This document shows positions 29,997-41,034 of a DNA stretch of 64,000 bases, piece by piece. The position numbers and the translations under genes were made by a program. Source of the DNA: an uncultured delta proteobacterium (GTDB taxonomy: Bacteria; Desulfobacterota; Desulfobacteria; Desulfobacterales; B30-G6); assembly GCA_963823335.1 (NCBI GenBank), contig CAWGLD010000004.1, positions 448,001 to 512,000 of the forward strand, given 5' to 3'. Numbering within the stretch: the stretch's first letter is position 1; every line of letters begins with the position of its first letter. A model generated the notes under the pieces. The model did not search any database and was not told the DNA's origin. It saw only the letters and a list, made by a program, of their open reading frames with translations.

Positions 29997-30025
29997 TTGA
30001 CTTAAATAAAAAAAACGTATATAAT
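29997..30025 (+). promoter_or_regulatory. Sigma70-type promoter
   Basis: TTGACT-17 bp-TATAAT. Confidence 0.75.
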
Positions 30026-30085
30026 ATAGGCATTTATAAAAAAGATCACCTATTTTATCCCAGAAAACCCGGTGGAGCTTGATAG

Positions 30086-30220
30086 ATGAAAGAACCTGAA
30101 GAACTGCAGATCCTGGCCGAAATGGAAGAAATCTCAAAAAACATCGACCACATCCTCCACAAAATCGAGCATCTTGACCCTGGCAAGATGGATAACTCAT
30201 CTCAGCACGAAGACGGATAG
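30086..30220 (+). CDS. Small acidic helical protein (44 aa), not in ORF track
   Basis: MKEPEELQILAEMEEISKNIDHILHKIEHLDPGKMDNSSQHEDG; GGAG SD; downstream of consensus promoter. Confidence 0.55.
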   Translation: MKEPEELQILAEMEEISKNIDHILHKIEHLDPGKMDNSSQHEDG

Positions 30221-30315
30221 CCGTCATGATAACTAGCTGTGTCGCATACGATCCAAAGGCTCATCAATTTTCATGAACTGTTCGGGTCAGGTTTATTTTT
30301 GCAACAGGAGGCTCC

Positions 30316-30594
30316 ATGGTATTAACAAAAAATGATATTGCTGCAAAAGTCCATGAGCTCGGTTTCACCAAAAAAAAAGCCGTTGACACGGTGGAATCTA
30401 TTTTGGAAATTATCAAGCAGGCCCTTGCGAATGGGGATGACGTACTTGTCTCAGGATTTGGAAAGTTCTGTGTCAAGAACAAAAGAGCCAGACGCGGAAG
30501 AAATCCGGCCACGGGTTCGGACTTGACCCTCAGGGAAAGAAAAGTCGTAACTTTCAAATGCTCCGGGAATTTACGAAATCGTATCAACACATAA
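30316..30594 (+). CDS. ihfA: Integration host factor alpha-like protein
   Basis: LTKNDI, VSGFGKF, RGRNPATG, VVTFK.S. Confidence 0.9.
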   Translation: MVLTKNDIAAKVHELGFTKKKAVDTVESILEIIKQALANGDDVLVSGFGKFCVKNKRARRGRNPATGSDLTLRERKVVTFKCSGNLRNRINT

Positions 30595-30615
30595 TAAATC
30601 CGTAAATCGGATTCA

Positions 30616-33354
30616 TTATGTCATCATCTTGCGTAACACATACGGCAATATACCGCCATTTTCAAAATAAGCCACATCCACGGCTGTATCGAGTCTCGAC
30701 GTCACATCAAACACGCTTTCCTTTCCGTCTCTGCCCACGGCCTTCACTTGCAACTGTTTGCGGGGCACCATGTTCTCGACACCTTTTATGGAAAATGTCT
30801 CTGTGCCGTCCAGACCCAGACTTTCCCACGTATCATCCCCATTGAACACCAGCGGCAGCACCCCCATACCCACCAGATTGCTCCTGTGAATCCGCTCAAA
30901 AGATTTCGCCACAACGGCTTTCACATTCAACAGGCTGGTACCCTTTGCCGCCCAGTCCCGAGAAGAACCGGTCCCATATTCTATACCACCCAGGACGACG
31001 AGTGATTTGTCCGCCTCGATGGCTTGCATGGCGGCCTCGTAGACGAACACTTCTTTCTTTTCCGGAAATACCAGGGTGTAGCTCCCCTCTTTCGGCGACA
31101 CCAGTTGATTCTTGATGCGGATATTCCCGAAGGTCCCCCGCATCATGACCTCATGGTTTCCTCTCCTGGAACCATATGAATTGAACTTGTCCGGTGATAC
31201 ACCCTTATCCATCAAATACTGTCCCGCAGGATAGGCTTCCGGTATGGCACCTGCCGGCGAGATATGATCCGTGGTGACGGAGTCCCCCAGCACCAGCAAT
31301 GCATCCGCATCCGCGATATCCGCTGGTTTGGACATCTCCAGTTGAAACCCATCGAAATAAGGCGGTTTTCGAATATAGGTCGAATCCTCATCCCACTCAA
31401 ACGTAGTACTTTCCGTCACCGCCAGCTGCCCCCAGAATTCATCGCCTTGAAAAATTCTGCTATACTGATCAGCATAAAATGATTGCCGAATATGCTTTGT
31501 CACCAGTTCCTGGATTTCGTCATCACCCGGCCAGATATCTTTCATGTAGACAGGTGCCTGGTCTCCATCGAATGCGACGGGCTCCCTGGTGACATCGATA
31601 TCTATCCTGCCTGCAATGGCATAGAGAATCACCAGCATCGGGGAGGCCAGAAAATTGGCCCTGATTTTCTGATGGATCCTGGCCTCGAAATTTCGGTTGC
31701 CGGAAAGCACCGCCGCCACGGTGAGTTGCTGGTCCACAATCTCTTTCTCAATCTCCGGATGGAGCGGTCCACTGTTGCCGATACAGGTCGTGCATCCAAA
31801 CGCAACCAGATGAAAGCCGAGTTCTTCCAGATACGGCATCAACCCGGCATCGTTCAGGTAGTCCACAACAACCCTGGACCCCGGCGCTAATGACGTTTTG
31901 ACATAGGAAGGTACGCGAACACCTTTTTCGACTGCGTTTTTGGCCAGAAGTCCTGCACCCAGCATGGCAAACGGATTGGATGTATTGGTACAGGAGGTGA
32001 TGGCTGCAATCACCACACTGCCGTTGCGGACGGTGCCGGCAGCACTTTGTGCTGACCCATTCCGCCCCAAAATACCACCGGAGGTGTCCCTTTTGTGCGT
32101 ATTCTGGCAACCATTATCTGCCATTTTATTCTTTTCCATACCGCCCTCTGATCTCTCTGAAGCATCCTGGCCGACAATCCGGTTGAATTTGTCTTTGAGA
32201 TCCGCAAGAACGATCCTGTCCTGGGGTCGCGAAGGTCCGGCCACAGATGGTTCCACCTCAGAAATATCGAACTCGATGGTTTTGGAATATTCGGGATCCT
32301 GTGTTCCGTCATAAAAAAGACCGGTTTCCCGAGTATAACACCCGACAATGTCTGCACGATCCTCCCGGTTGGTAATTTTTAGATAGTCGATGGTCTTTTC
32401 ATCAACCGGAAAGAAACCCATGGTCGCACCATATTCAGGCGACATATTGGCAATCGTCGCCCGATCTGTCAATGTGAGCTGTTTCATTCCAGGACCATGG
32501 AACTCGACAAATTTTTCGACAACATTTTCCGCCCGCAACATTTCAGTTATCCGCAGTACCAGATCAGTGGCCGTCACGCCCTGTTTCAATGCTCCGATCA
32601 ATCTGACGCCAACGACTTCCGGTATTGACATGTAATAAGGCTGGCCCAGCATAACCGCTTCAGCCTCGATACCGCCAACGCCCCAGCCCATGACACCCAA
32701 CCCATTGATCATGGTGGTATGTGAATCGGTTCCTACGAGGGTGTCCGGGAATGCAATCATCCCAGATCCGGTTTCTTCTGTAATGACAACCCGTCCCAGA
32801 TATTCCAGATTGACCTGATGGCAGATACCGGAATTGGGCGGTACCACGCTGAAATGATCAAAACTTTTTTGAGCCCATTTCAAGAGTTCATATCGCTCCT
32901 TATTTCTTTCGTATTCCTTGGCAACATTCTGTTTCAACGCATCGGGTGTCCCGAAGCTGTCGACCTGGATGGAATGGTCCACCACGAGCTCCACCGGAAC
33001 AAGCGGATTGATGATGCCAGGGTCACCACCCATGCTCTTGACGGCATCTCGCATGACGGCCAGATCCACCACAGCCGGCACCCCGGTAAAATCCTGCATC
33101 AGTACCCTGGCCGGATGATAGGGTATTTCCGGTGGCTCATCATAGTGCTTCCGCCATCGGGAAATGGCAAGGAGGTCCTGCTCCGTCACGATGGTACCAT
33201 CCAGTTTGCGCAAAAGATTTTCTACCAGTACCCTGATGGAAAACGGAAGCCGTTGAATATCGGCAATACCTTTTGCTTCAAGCTGTTGGATATCGAAAAT
33301 CGACAGAGTGTTTCGATTTGCATCAATGCGACGGACAAAATCTTTATGATTCAT
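30616..33354 (-). CDS. acnA: Aconitate hydratase A
   Basis: [57 protein letters not shown]. Confidence 0.97.
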   Translation of the reverse strand: MNHKDFVRRIDANRNTLSIFDIQQLEAKGIADIQRLPFSIRVLVENLLRKLDGTIVTEQDLLAISRWRKHYDEPPEIPYHPARVLMQDFTGVPAVVDLAVMRDAVKSMGGDPGIINPLVPVELVVDHSIQVDSFGTPDALKQNVAKEYERNKERYELLKWAQKSFDHFSVVPPNSGICHQVNLEYLGRVVITEETGSGMIAFPDTLVGTDSHTTMINGLGVMGWGVGGIEAEAVMLGQPYYMSIPEVVGVRLIGALKQGVTATDLVLRITEMLRAENVVEKFVEFHGPGMKQLTLTDRATIANMSPEYGATMGFFPVDEKTIDYLKITNREDRADIVGCYTRETGLFYDGTQDPEYSKTIEFDISEVEPSVAGPSRPQDRIVLADLKDKFNRIVGQDASERSEGGMEKNKMADNGCQNTHKRDTSGGILGRNGSAQSAAGTVRNGSVVIAAITSCTNTSNPFAMLGAGLLAKNAVEKGVRVPSYVKTSLAPGSRVVVDYLNDAGLMPYLEELGFHLVAFGCTTCIGNSGPLHPEIEKEIVDQQLTVAAVLSGNRNFEARIHQKIRANFLASPMLVILYAIAGRIDIDVTREPVAFDGDQAPVYMKDIWPGDDEIQELVTKHIRQSFYADQYSRIFQGDEFWGQLAVTESTTFEWDEDSTYIRKPPYFDGFQLEMSKPADIADADALLVLGDSVTTDHISPAGAIPEAYPAGQYLMDKGVSPDKFNSYGSRRGNHEVMMRGTFGNIRIKNQLVSPKEGSYTLVFPEKKEVFVYEAAMQAIEADKSLVVLGGIEYGTGSSRDWAAKGTSLLNVKAVVAKSFERIHRSNLVGMGVLPLVFNGDDTWESLGLDGTETFSIKGVENMVPRKQLQVKAVGRDGKESVFDVTSRLDTAVDVAYFENGGILPYVLRKMMT

Positions 33355-33472
33355 GGTTTTTCCCCCTTAATTTTTTTTGAAGCACCTTGCAACTTGTGGT
33401 GATGTACTTCAATAAAAAATTGATTATCATGGAATTTTAGGCTAAGCAATACACTTTAAACCATTCGCTGTT

Positions 33473-33526
33473 CAGGCTATAGACTGTTAGACATTTAACG
33501 GCTAATAGCCTACAGTCTACAGCCTG
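33473..33526. repeat. Inverted heptamer arrays (TAGRCTG)n/(CAGYCTA)n; related short copy at 518-557
   Basis: caggctatagactgttagac ... gcctacagtctacagcctg. Confidence 0.7.
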
Positions 33527-33545
33527 TACTGGCTTACCACTGAAA

Positions 33546-34430
33546 GTGATTATTTTGCATTGGACCGAACCAAAAAATATTTCTGAATGGGCTCAAAGAC
33601 TCCTTTCCGCAAGAACATTGATGATGAGTATGTTGCTGCTTGTTCTCGTCATTTCAGAACTCCGCTTTGACTGGTTGGAACAGACCCTGGGATCCTTTCT
33701 CGTCTCCACAAATGCCACCCGTCCCGAATCGGGTGCCATCTGGGAAATTGGAAAACAGACCCGAACAGCCCACCAGGCCATTGAAAAAATCGTCACCGAC
33801 CGCCGGACCTCTTATCGGGAAGCGGAGAATGCCACGAGTTTTAAACAGATAGCAGCCACCATCCAGCCGGAGGAATGGCTCCTGGTGCCGCCCGATCTAT
33901 TCCGCAAACTCTACCTGGAGTTGCCGTCTGAAGTAGCCCAGGAGATTATCCCGTCCTTTGAACTCCTCGAACTGATCAACAACCGGGATTGGGAACGAAC
34001 CTATTTTGAAAAAGATGGGGACGGTTTGAACATCTATATGCTCGACAAAGAGAATCGCGTTCTGAAACGTCTGCCGATTTCACCGGATCTCCTCTATATG
34101 ATGGCCGACAGTGATATGGCATTTGGCAAAAAACTCGAAGATTTTTCCATTTTTGAAGGTCGCATATATCCTGCCGATCTCTTTTTCCACGTCCTGAAAG
34201 ACCTGACCCTGGAGGTTAGAGACGGGGTTATTCGTCGTCCAGAGCATCTCCTCCGCATACCCGGAAATATTGTCAGGGTTGGTGTTTCAGACGAGACCGT
34301 ATCCGGATATATCCAGATCGGGTTTGAAATCGAGTCGGGTGCTCAGCAAATGGTGATACTGCTGAGGGGACATGAATGGGCGGTCTGGCGGCTGCATTCC
34401 TTACTGGAAAACAAACACTTGAATCCTTGA
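33546..34430 (+). CDS. Hypothetical membrane-anchored protein
   Basis: 294-aa ORF with an N-terminal hydrophobic helix; upstream of PBP1A. Confidence 0.75.
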   Translation: MIILHWTEPKNISEWAQRLLSARTLMMSMLLLVLVISELRFDWLEQTLGSFLVSTNATRPESGAIWEIGKQTRTAHQAIEKIVTDRRTSYREAENATSFKQIAATIQPEEWLLVPPDLFRKLYLELPSEVAQEIIPSFELLELINNRDWERTYFEKDGDGLNIYMLDKENRVLKRLPISPDLLYMMADSDMAFGKKLEDFSIFEGRIYPADLFFHVLKDLTLEVRDGVIRRPEHLLRIPGNIVRVGVSDETVSGYIQIGFEIESGAQQMVILLRGHEWAVWRLHSLLENKHLNP

Positions 34431-34582
34431 ATCCTGGACTCCTTGAACCCTTTCTCCCAACTGATTGGGAGATGATCCTAAAATTTGTATGTTTTGTGGG
34501 AAAAAAATTAAAAGCAATCACGAAAACACGAAAATTTTATCATGGTCTTTTTCGTGGTTTCGTACTTTCGTGATTTCGTGAT
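34419..34582. repeat. 8-mer arrays (TTGAATCC)n and inverted (CACGAAAA)n/(TTTCGTGN)n; related copy at 27881-27970
   Basis: Direct reading of tandem units. Confidence 0.7.
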
Positions 34583-34652
34583 GAAAAATCTTTATCTTTT
34601 CCGGGTTGGTTTTAGGCGATAAGCCGTTGATGGCCCATTAATAAGGTAACCC

Positions 34653-36671
34653 TTGTCAAAAGAAACTGTTATCAACACATTCAAATATCTAACGGGTTTC
34701 TATTACCTCGCACTGACCCTTGTTGGGCTTGGAGCGAGCTTTACCGTAATTCTGTTTTTTTTCGTTCTCCAGGATCTGCCCAGGGTTCCCGAACCCCTGA
34801 GCCGGATAATTGAAACACCTGCCACGGAAATCATTGCCGGAAGCGGTGAACGGATTCTCATTCTGGGTGGGAAAGAATCCATCCCTTTGGACCGTGTCTC
34901 CCCCTATTTTGTGCGGGCAGTCGTTGCAACCGAAGATCACCGCTTCTGGGAACATCATGGCGTCGATAAGCTTCGAACATTGAAGGCCTTGTGGATAACC
35001 CTGTTCGAACCCGGGAAAATACAGGGGGCCTCGACCATCACCCAGCAACTGGCTAAAAATATGTTCTTCAGCTTCAAGCGCTCCTACAAGCGAAAGTTTC
35101 ATGAGTTGCTGGTTGCTTTGCAGATCGAATCCCGTTACAGCAAAAACGACATCCTTCAGGCTTACATGAATCAAATCCCCTTCGGGGTAGGAGCCCATGG
35201 AATCGAAAACGCCTCCCAGACTTTTTTCGGGAAAAGTGCATCGGATTTGAATCTCGCTGAAGCCGCCCTCCTGGCAGGTCTTCCCAAATCACCCACACGT
35301 TACAATCCCTATCTCTATTTTGAGCGTGCCAAAGCGAGACAGCAAATCGTTCTGGGGAGAATGGTCGCCGTGGGCGCCATTTCAGGGGCAGAAGCCGACG
35401 CCGCTTACCAGAAACCTTTGCCACTTCAGCCCTTCAGTTCCGGCGCCCGTACGGGAAGTTACTTTATAGACGCCGTTATTCAACAGCTCGAAGATACCTA
35501 TGGACCCGAAATCGTCTACCATGGGGGCTTAAAAATCACCACAACCCTCGACCCGCAAATGCAGCGTTGGGCCGTGGAATCTATCAGGGACGGCATGGAA
35601 TCCCTGGACAACATCATGGGGCTGAAAAACAAACGTACTCAGGGCAATGACGATGAAAGGGAGCGCCCCCAGGGCGCACTGGTTGCCGTGGAAACCAATA
35701 CCGGTGCCGTAAAAGCCCTGGTTGGTGGTAGAAACTATGCTGCATCCGAGTACAATCGGGCCATACAAAATCACCGTCTGCCTGGATCAGGATTCAAACC
35801 GTTCCTGTATTATGCGGCATTTGACAAGCTGAACCTGCACCCGGCATCAGTTTTTGAAGATCAGCCCGTTCGTATTTCCATACCGGGCGCCGGAGACTGG
35901 CAACCACAAAATTTTTCTATGAAATTCGAAGGCCCCATGCTCTTGAAACAGGCCTTCATCCACTCCGTCAATACCGTTGCAGCTCAGTTGGTCGAGCTCA
36001 CAGGACCGGAGGCCGTGATTGCAGCGGCCAAAAATTTCGGCATTACCAGTTCTCTGGATCCTGTATATTCCATTGCCCTCGGCACCTCCGGTGTCAGCCC
36101 CCTGGAAATGGCATCTTCGTTTGCCACCTTCGCCACCAATGGTGTCCGCCACGAACCCTTTTTTATCAAGCGTGTGGAAGACGCTGCAGGCAGAATTCTG
36201 GAGGAGCACATTGTCAGGGGCCAGAAACATCTCGACCCGGCATGCGTGTATCAGGTGGTGGATATGATGCGGGGGGTGGTCGATGAGGGAACGGCCAGCA
36301 TGGTAAGGCAGATGGGTTTCAAGTTGACGGCGGCGGGTAAAACCGGCACCACCAATCAATACAAAGATGCATGGTTTACAGGGTTCACACCCACCCTCTG
36401 CACCTCTGTCTGGATCGGTTACGACAGGGAAATGGGTTTGCGGGATGCCAATCGTGTAGGCATCACCGGCAGCCGGGGAGCCTCGCCCATCTGGGTGGAT
36501 TTCATGATGAAAGCCACGGCCGGGGAACCATCCAGAGAGTTCGCCATGCCGCCCAATATCCACTTTGAAAGTGTCGATGCCGCCACAGGCAAAAAAGCCT
36601 CCTTCTTTACGGATGCGCCTGTACAGGTGGTGTTAAAAAATGGCCAGGAGTTAAAAAGATTGTGGCAATAA
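34653..36671 (+). CDS. Class A penicillin-binding protein (PBP1A family)
   Basis: TEDHRF, GASTITQQLAKN, PGSGFKP (SxxK), SVN, KTGT. Confidence 0.93.
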   Translation: MSKETVINTFKYLTGFYYLALTLVGLGASFTVILFFFVLQDLPRVPEPLSRIIETPATEIIAGSGERILILGGKESIPLDRVSPYFVRAVVATEDHRFWEHHGVDKLRTLKALWITLFEPGKIQGASTITQQLAKNMFFSFKRSYKRKFHELLVALQIESRYSKNDILQAYMNQIPFGVGAHGIENASQTFFGKSASDLNLAEAALLAGLPKSPTRYNPYLYFERAKARQQIVLGRMVAVGAISGAEADAAYQKPLPLQPFSSGARTGSYFIDAVIQQLEDTYGPEIVYHGGLKITTTLDPQMQRWAVESIRDGMESLDNIMGLKNKRTQGNDDERERPQGALVAVETNTGAVKALVGGRNYAASEYNRAIQNHRLPGSGFKPFLYYAAFDKLNLHPASVFEDQPVRISIPGAGDWQPQNFSMKFEGPMLLKQAFIHSVNTVAAQLVELTGPEAVIAAAKNFGITSSLDPVYSIALGTSGVSPLEMASSFATFATNGVRHEPFFIKRVEDAAGRILEEHIVRGQKHLDPACVYQVVDMMRGVVDEGTASMVRQMGFKLTAAGKTGTTNQYKDAWFTGFTPTLCTSVWIGYDREMGLRDANRVGITGSRGASPIWVDFMMKATAGEPSREFAMPPNIHFESVDAATGKKASFFTDAPVQVVLKNGQELKRLWQ

Positions 36672-36792
36672 AATCGATGTACGATTTTATTTGAAGCGAC
36701 GTTGTCGCTTTTTACTTCATCATTCGACATTGGATATTCTTGCAATTAGACGCTTACCGGATTGTTAGAGCTTATCTGGAATAGGAAATATT

Positions 36793-38250
36793 GTGATCCA
36801 TGCACTGAAACATATGGCGATCCGATTATGGCTGACTATTCTGATTGGAAGCCTCACAGCACTGGCCGGTTTGCAGGCATTTGGAATGCCATTCGGGCTC
36901 GAATGGGCATTTGCTCTGGCAGCCCCTGTTTTTGTGGCGGTGTTCTATGCCATCGGCTGGCTTTTCAACCGACTTGGGCTGAATCTGGTTCGACGCTTTA
37001 TCAACGAAGCCTCTGTCTGGGAAAGAGCCGGGAAAACACCCCAGACTGAAAAACTCCTCCGAAAAGCTGTAGCCGTATTTGACAGCTTCCTTATATCACC
37101 GTACAACAAAGAAAGGCGTGCGCTCGAACTGACCGGGCACATGGCCCGTTTCTACCTGACACAGACGGATATCAGCCCTGAAGCCGAAGATACCATACTG
37201 GCCTACCTGAAAATGCGACCGGAAGACCATGCGGTAGCCGAAGCATGGCTGCAACGCCTCGAAAACAAGGATCGAAACCCCAAAGAGATGGAAAGCCTGT
37301 TGTCCTTCCTCGGAAAATCCCAGAGCGACAACCCCACAGTTCACACATTGATTGCCCGGCGCTATCTTACGGACAGACGAACCGACTTTCAGGCATTGCA
37401 GAGTTACCGCCGTTTCATCGAAAACAACCAGAATCCGGATGAATCCATGATCATCCAAATGGCTGAACTGTTCTTCGAAAAAAGGCGTATGGATGCATGG
37501 GCCCTGCAAGCCTATATAACAGCATATAAACTGGATAGAAAAAGACGTCATCTCATCCATGGCATTGCCGCCTGTTTGTACGGGACACAAGAGGACATCA
37601 CCGATTCAGCTTTAATAAATGAAGCCAGGGCATTCCTTTCGAAAATCGACGAAACAGTGCTGAAGAAAATGGTTGCAGGATTCAGGCCCGTTGCACCCCC
37701 GGCGGGAAAAGCGGATATATCCCCAAAAACCGGCATGCTGAAAACGCTGGCCACTGCCACGCTAGGAGCGGCCCGGACATTGACCACCGGCATCACGTCT
37801 GGGGTGACATTATCCATTGCAATGCTCACGGCAGCATATCGACATATCCGGGAATACCCAAAATTGAAACCAATCCTCAGGTGGACAGCCGTAGGTCTTG
37901 CCGGAGCCGGTCTCGTGATACTGGGTATCAATACAACAAGCTATCTGATGCAGAGCAGACCATCGGAACCCGAAAAAATTGAAACGTCACCAGCCGTGGT
38001 GATCACAGACCCGTATACCCTCCAGGTTGCCGCCTATCTCAAGATCGAGCATGCAGAAAACTACGTCGCACAATTGAAACAATCCGGTCTGGATGCCTAC
38101 TGGACAAAAGCCCAGGGTACCAAGAGCAAATGGTATCAGGTCAGGCTTTCCCACTTTGCCGACAAGGCCTCTGCACGTGCCTACGGCGACAGCTTGAAAG
38201 CCAAGGGCATTATCGACGATTTCTATGTGGCCAACTATCAGCAGCCGTGA
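36793..38250 (+). CDS. Membrane protein with helical-repeat region and C-terminal SPOR domain
   Basis: YTLQVAAY...WYQVRL; TM segments at N-terminus and before SPOR. Confidence 0.82.
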   Translation: MIHALKHMAIRLWLTILIGSLTALAGLQAFGMPFGLEWAFALAAPVFVAVFYAIGWLFNRLGLNLVRRFINEASVWERAGKTPQTEKLLRKAVAVFDSFLISPYNKERRALELTGHMARFYLTQTDISPEAEDTILAYLKMRPEDHAVAEAWLQRLENKDRNPKEMESLLSFLGKSQSDNPTVHTLIARRYLTDRRTDFQALQSYRRFIENNQNPDESMIIQMAELFFEKRRMDAWALQAYITAYKLDRKRRHLIHGIAACLYGTQEDITDSALINEARAFLSKIDETVLKKMVAGFRPVAPPAGKADISPKTGMLKTLATATLGAARTLTTGITSGVTLSIAMLTAAYRHIREYPKLKPILRWTAVGLAGAGLVILGINTTSYLMQSRPSEPEKIETSPAVVITDPYTLQVAAYLKIEHAENYVAQLKQSGLDAYWTKAQGTKSKWYQVRLSHFADKASARAYGDSLKAKGIIDDFYVANYQQP

Positions 38251-38258
38251 TGTTGTTA

Positions 38259-38325
38259 GAAACCATCTAAGAAACGTCTTTTGGCCAAAATCCTGTGTTG
38301 GGCTCCCGTTTCAAGTCCTCAAAAT
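38259..38325 (+). mobile_element. Truncated, diverged MITE copy 3
   Basis: TA-GAAACCATCTAAG...TTTTGGCC...CTGTGTTGG...TTCAA aligns to the start of 54459-54653. Confidence 0.6.
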
Positions 38326-38347
38326 CGTTTCACGACGTTATTTGTAT

Positions 38348-38396
38348 TTGACACGCGCGCTTCTTTTCGTTAACCTCTCTCCGCTATATGGATAAC
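38348..38396 (+). promoter_or_regulatory. birA promoter with overlapping BirA-type operator
   Basis: TTGACA-17-TAACCT; GTTAAC-N16-GATAAC overlapping the -10. Confidence 0.65.
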
Positions 38397-38416
38397 CAAA
38401 CAAAACTTACAATTAG

Positions 38417-38496
38417 GGGACGATGGTGAAATATCGACATTTGGAGTTGTCTCTTCTTTTTCAGTCTTTTTAATGTCAATATTTCACCATCGTCCC
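38417..38496. repeat. Palindromic element with 25-bp arms GGGACGATGGTGAAATATYGACATT, copy 1
   Basis: Inverted arms with 1 mismatch; second copy at 41856-41942. Confidence 0.85.
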
Positions 38497-38523
38497 GTAG
38501 CTCTTTTTGGAGTACTCTATTAA

Positions 38524-39459
38524 GTGAAGTCCCAACTGCTCAAAATACTGAACGAAAAGACTGATTTTATTTCTGGCGAAGCGCTCAGCAAGCATCTGGG
38601 TGTCTCCCGGGTAGCTGTCTGGAAACATATTCAGAAACTACAGGCCTGTGGATACGACATCCATTCGGGGCCCAGGGGATATCGTCTCATCCGGTCTCCT
38701 GATACGCCCTTTCCCTGGGAATTTCCAGAAAGGGAATCCCGAATGCATTTTTTCGATACAGCAGGCTCGACCATGGACATCGCCAGGGAACTTGCCAGGA
38801 AGGGCTGCCCGGATTTTACCGTCGTGATTGCCGAAACCCAGACCAGCGGCCGTGGTAGGATGGACCGCAACTGGGTGTCACCACAAGGCGGGCTCTATTT
38901 TACCCTGGTGATAAGACCGCACATACCACCGGTGATGAGCCCTCTGGTCAATTTCGGTACTGCAGTTGTTCTGGCCAGAACACTCCAGGAATTCTGTGGT
39001 GTCGATGCCCGTGTCAAATGGCCCAACGATGTCCTGATACACGGCAGAAAAGTGTCTGGAATGCTGTCTGAAATGGAAGCCGCCGGTGACCAGGTCTCGT
39101 TCGTCAATATCGGTATCGGTATCAACATGAACAACGACCTGCCTCCTGACCTGCCATGCGCAACCTCCATCAAGAATACCTCCGGAAAAACCTGTTCCAG
39201 AATCGCGTTTCTATCTGAATTCCTGAATCGCCTGGAAAACAGGATTCACCAGCCGGATCTGACTAGTGTCATTGCGGAATGGAAGACCTGTTCCGCCACC
39301 CTGGGACAGCCGGTCAGAATTGTCTCGCGTCAGGGTGTTACAGAAGGAAAGGCAGTGGATGTGGACCCAAACGGCGCCCTGGTCGTGCGCACGGCAGGTG
39401 GTGTTTTAAAAAAGATGTATTATGGAGACTGCTTTCACAGCAACCCTCAGGAGCTGTGA
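38524..39459 (+). CDS. birA: Bifunctional biotin ligase/repressor BirA
   Basis: N-terminal wHTH (SGE.L...LGVSR.AVWKHI), QTSGRGR, KWPND, KVSG. Confidence 0.95.
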   Translation: MKSQLLKILNEKTDFISGEALSKHLGVSRVAVWKHIQKLQACGYDIHSGPRGYRLIRSPDTPFPWEFPERESRMHFFDTAGSTMDIARELARKGCPDFTVVIAETQTSGRGRMDRNWVSPQGGLYFTLVIRPHIPPVMSPLVNFGTAVVLARTLQEFCGVDARVKWPNDVLIHGRKVSGMLSEMEAAGDQVSFVNIGIGINMNNDLPPDLPCATSIKNTSGKTCSRIAFLSEFLNRLENRIHQPDLTSVIAEWKTCSATLGQPVRIVSRQGVTEGKAVDVDPNGALVVRTAGGVLKKMYYGDCFHSNPQEL

Positions 39460-39462
39460 CAA

Positions 39463-39621
39463 GCTCTAAATTCGAATACCGAAATACGAAACAAATCCAA
39501 ATATCGAATGTTCAAATGACCAAAACAGCCCATGGATTTATACGTTATCCTGTTTGTTTTGATCATTCGAATTTGGGTCGTTGGATATTGTTTAGGATTT
39601 CGATATTCATGCTTGAGATTT
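39463..39621. repeat. Inverted degenerate heptamer arrays between birA and bioY
   Basis: aattcgaataccgaaatacgaaacaaatccaaat... mirrored by ...ttggatattgtttaggatttcgatattc. Confidence 0.7.
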
Positions 39622-39647
39622 AATTTTTCATACCTTGGATTTAAATC

Positions 39648-40169
39648 ATGGATCAGCTTCGAATGACCGCCTATGCCTCTCTTCTAGCCGCTTTGACAGC
39701 AGTTGGCGCCTATATAGCCATACCTGTCGGGCCGGTGCCCATTGTTCTCCAAAATCTGTTTGTCTATCTGACCGGCCTGCTCCTCGGCAGCCGATGGGGG
39801 ATGATGGGGATCGCGGCATACCTGCTGGCCGGTGCTGTAGGTCTTCCGGTCTTTGCCGGTGGAAAAGGCGGTATCGGGCATCTGGTTGGCCCGACCGGTG
39901 GTTATCTCCTGGGATTCCTGCCTGCCGTTGCCATCATCGGCCTCGTCACGGAAAAGACCGGGGGAAAAATCCTGTTTGGGATAGGGGCCCTGATTGCCGG
40001 GACTGCCGTCATCTATGCCTGTGGGGTTACCTGGCTGAGTATCGTCACCGGCATGACAGTCGTCCAGTCGCTGTTCGTGGGAATGGTTCCTTTTCTCCTC
40101 GGGGATGCCGTAAAAATAGCTGCGGCTCTTTTCATTGCCAGATCCCTGCGGCCGATAATACAAAAATAA
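39648..40169 (+). CDS. bioY: Biotin ECF S-component BioY
   Basis: PVPIVLQ, GLPVFAGG, GPTGGYLLGF. Confidence 0.95.
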   Translation: MDQLRMTAYASLLAALTAVGAYIAIPVGPVPIVLQNLFVYLTGLLLGSRWGMMGIAAYLLAGAVGLPVFAGGKGGIGHLVGPTGGYLLGFLPAVAIIGLVTEKTGGKILFGIGALIAGTAVIYACGVTWLSIVTGMTVVQSLFVGMVPFLLGDAVKIAAALFIARSLRPIIQK

Positions 40170-40236
40170 AATCGTTACATGATGCTATATGACGCGACTT
40201 CGTCGCTATTATAAGCTTGGTATGAACGCATACAGT

Positions 40237-41034
40237 ATGATGAACACAGACCCTATAAAAGATAAAGAGCCAGCACCTACCCGAAAGGAGATCATAACCA
40301 TCGAGCACCTGTCCCATCGTTTTTCAGATCAGGGTATAGGTCTTGATGATATCACCCTCACCATCTGTTCGGGGGAATTCGTAATACTTGCTGGACCCAA
40401 TGGGTCGGGCAAATCCACACTCCTGAAACATCTGAACGGCATTCTTTCCCCCTCGGAGGGAACCATCCTTTTGAAGGGTCGTCCTGTTTCGGAAGATCTT
40501 CAGCGGGCGCGTCGACTGGTGGGAATGGTCTTCCAGGATGCCGACAGCCAGATCGTGGGGGAAACCGTCTGGGAGGATACCGCTTTCGGCCCCCAAAATC
40601 TTTCCCTGAAAAAATCGGTCATTCAAGAAAAAGTACAGACAGCCCTGGAGACGGTGGGGATGGCACACCTGGCAGAAAAACCACCCTATCTCCTTTCCGG
40701 CGGTGAAAAAAGGCGGCTTGCCATCGCAGGCGTACTCGCCATGGACCCACAGATAATCGCTTTTGACGAGCCTTTTTCAAATCTGGATTTTCCCGGCACC
40801 TGTCAGGTTCTGGATCAGATGCTCCGACTGCAGCAAAATGGGCACACACTTATCGTGGCCACCCATGAACTTGACAGGGTGTATCGCATGGCCGATAGAC
40901 TGATCATCATGCGTAATGGCCGCTTGGTGAAAGACGGCACACCCAGAGCCGTTCTGACAGATGCCGCTGGTTACGGTCTCAAGCTGCCTTTCATGGATGT
41001 TTCCGCCCCGGAAAAAGACCCATGGCAACCCTGA
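40237..41034 (+). CDS. ECF transporter ATPase (start uncertain, 40189-40240)
   Basis: GPNGSGKST, LSGGEKRR, FDEP. Confidence 0.9.
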   Translation: MMNTDPIKDKEPAPTRKEIITIEHLSHRFSDQGIGLDDITLTICSGEFVILAGPNGSGKSTLLKHLNGILSPSEGTILLKGRPVSEDLQRARRLVGMVFQDADSQIVGETVWEDTAFGPQNLSLKKSVIQEKVQTALETVGMAHLAEKPPYLLSGGEKRRLAIAGVLAMDPQIIAFDEPFSNLDFPGTCQVLDQMLRLQQNGHTLIVATHELDRVYRMADRLIIMRNGRLVKDGTPRAVLTDAAGYGLKLPFMDVSAPEKDPWQP

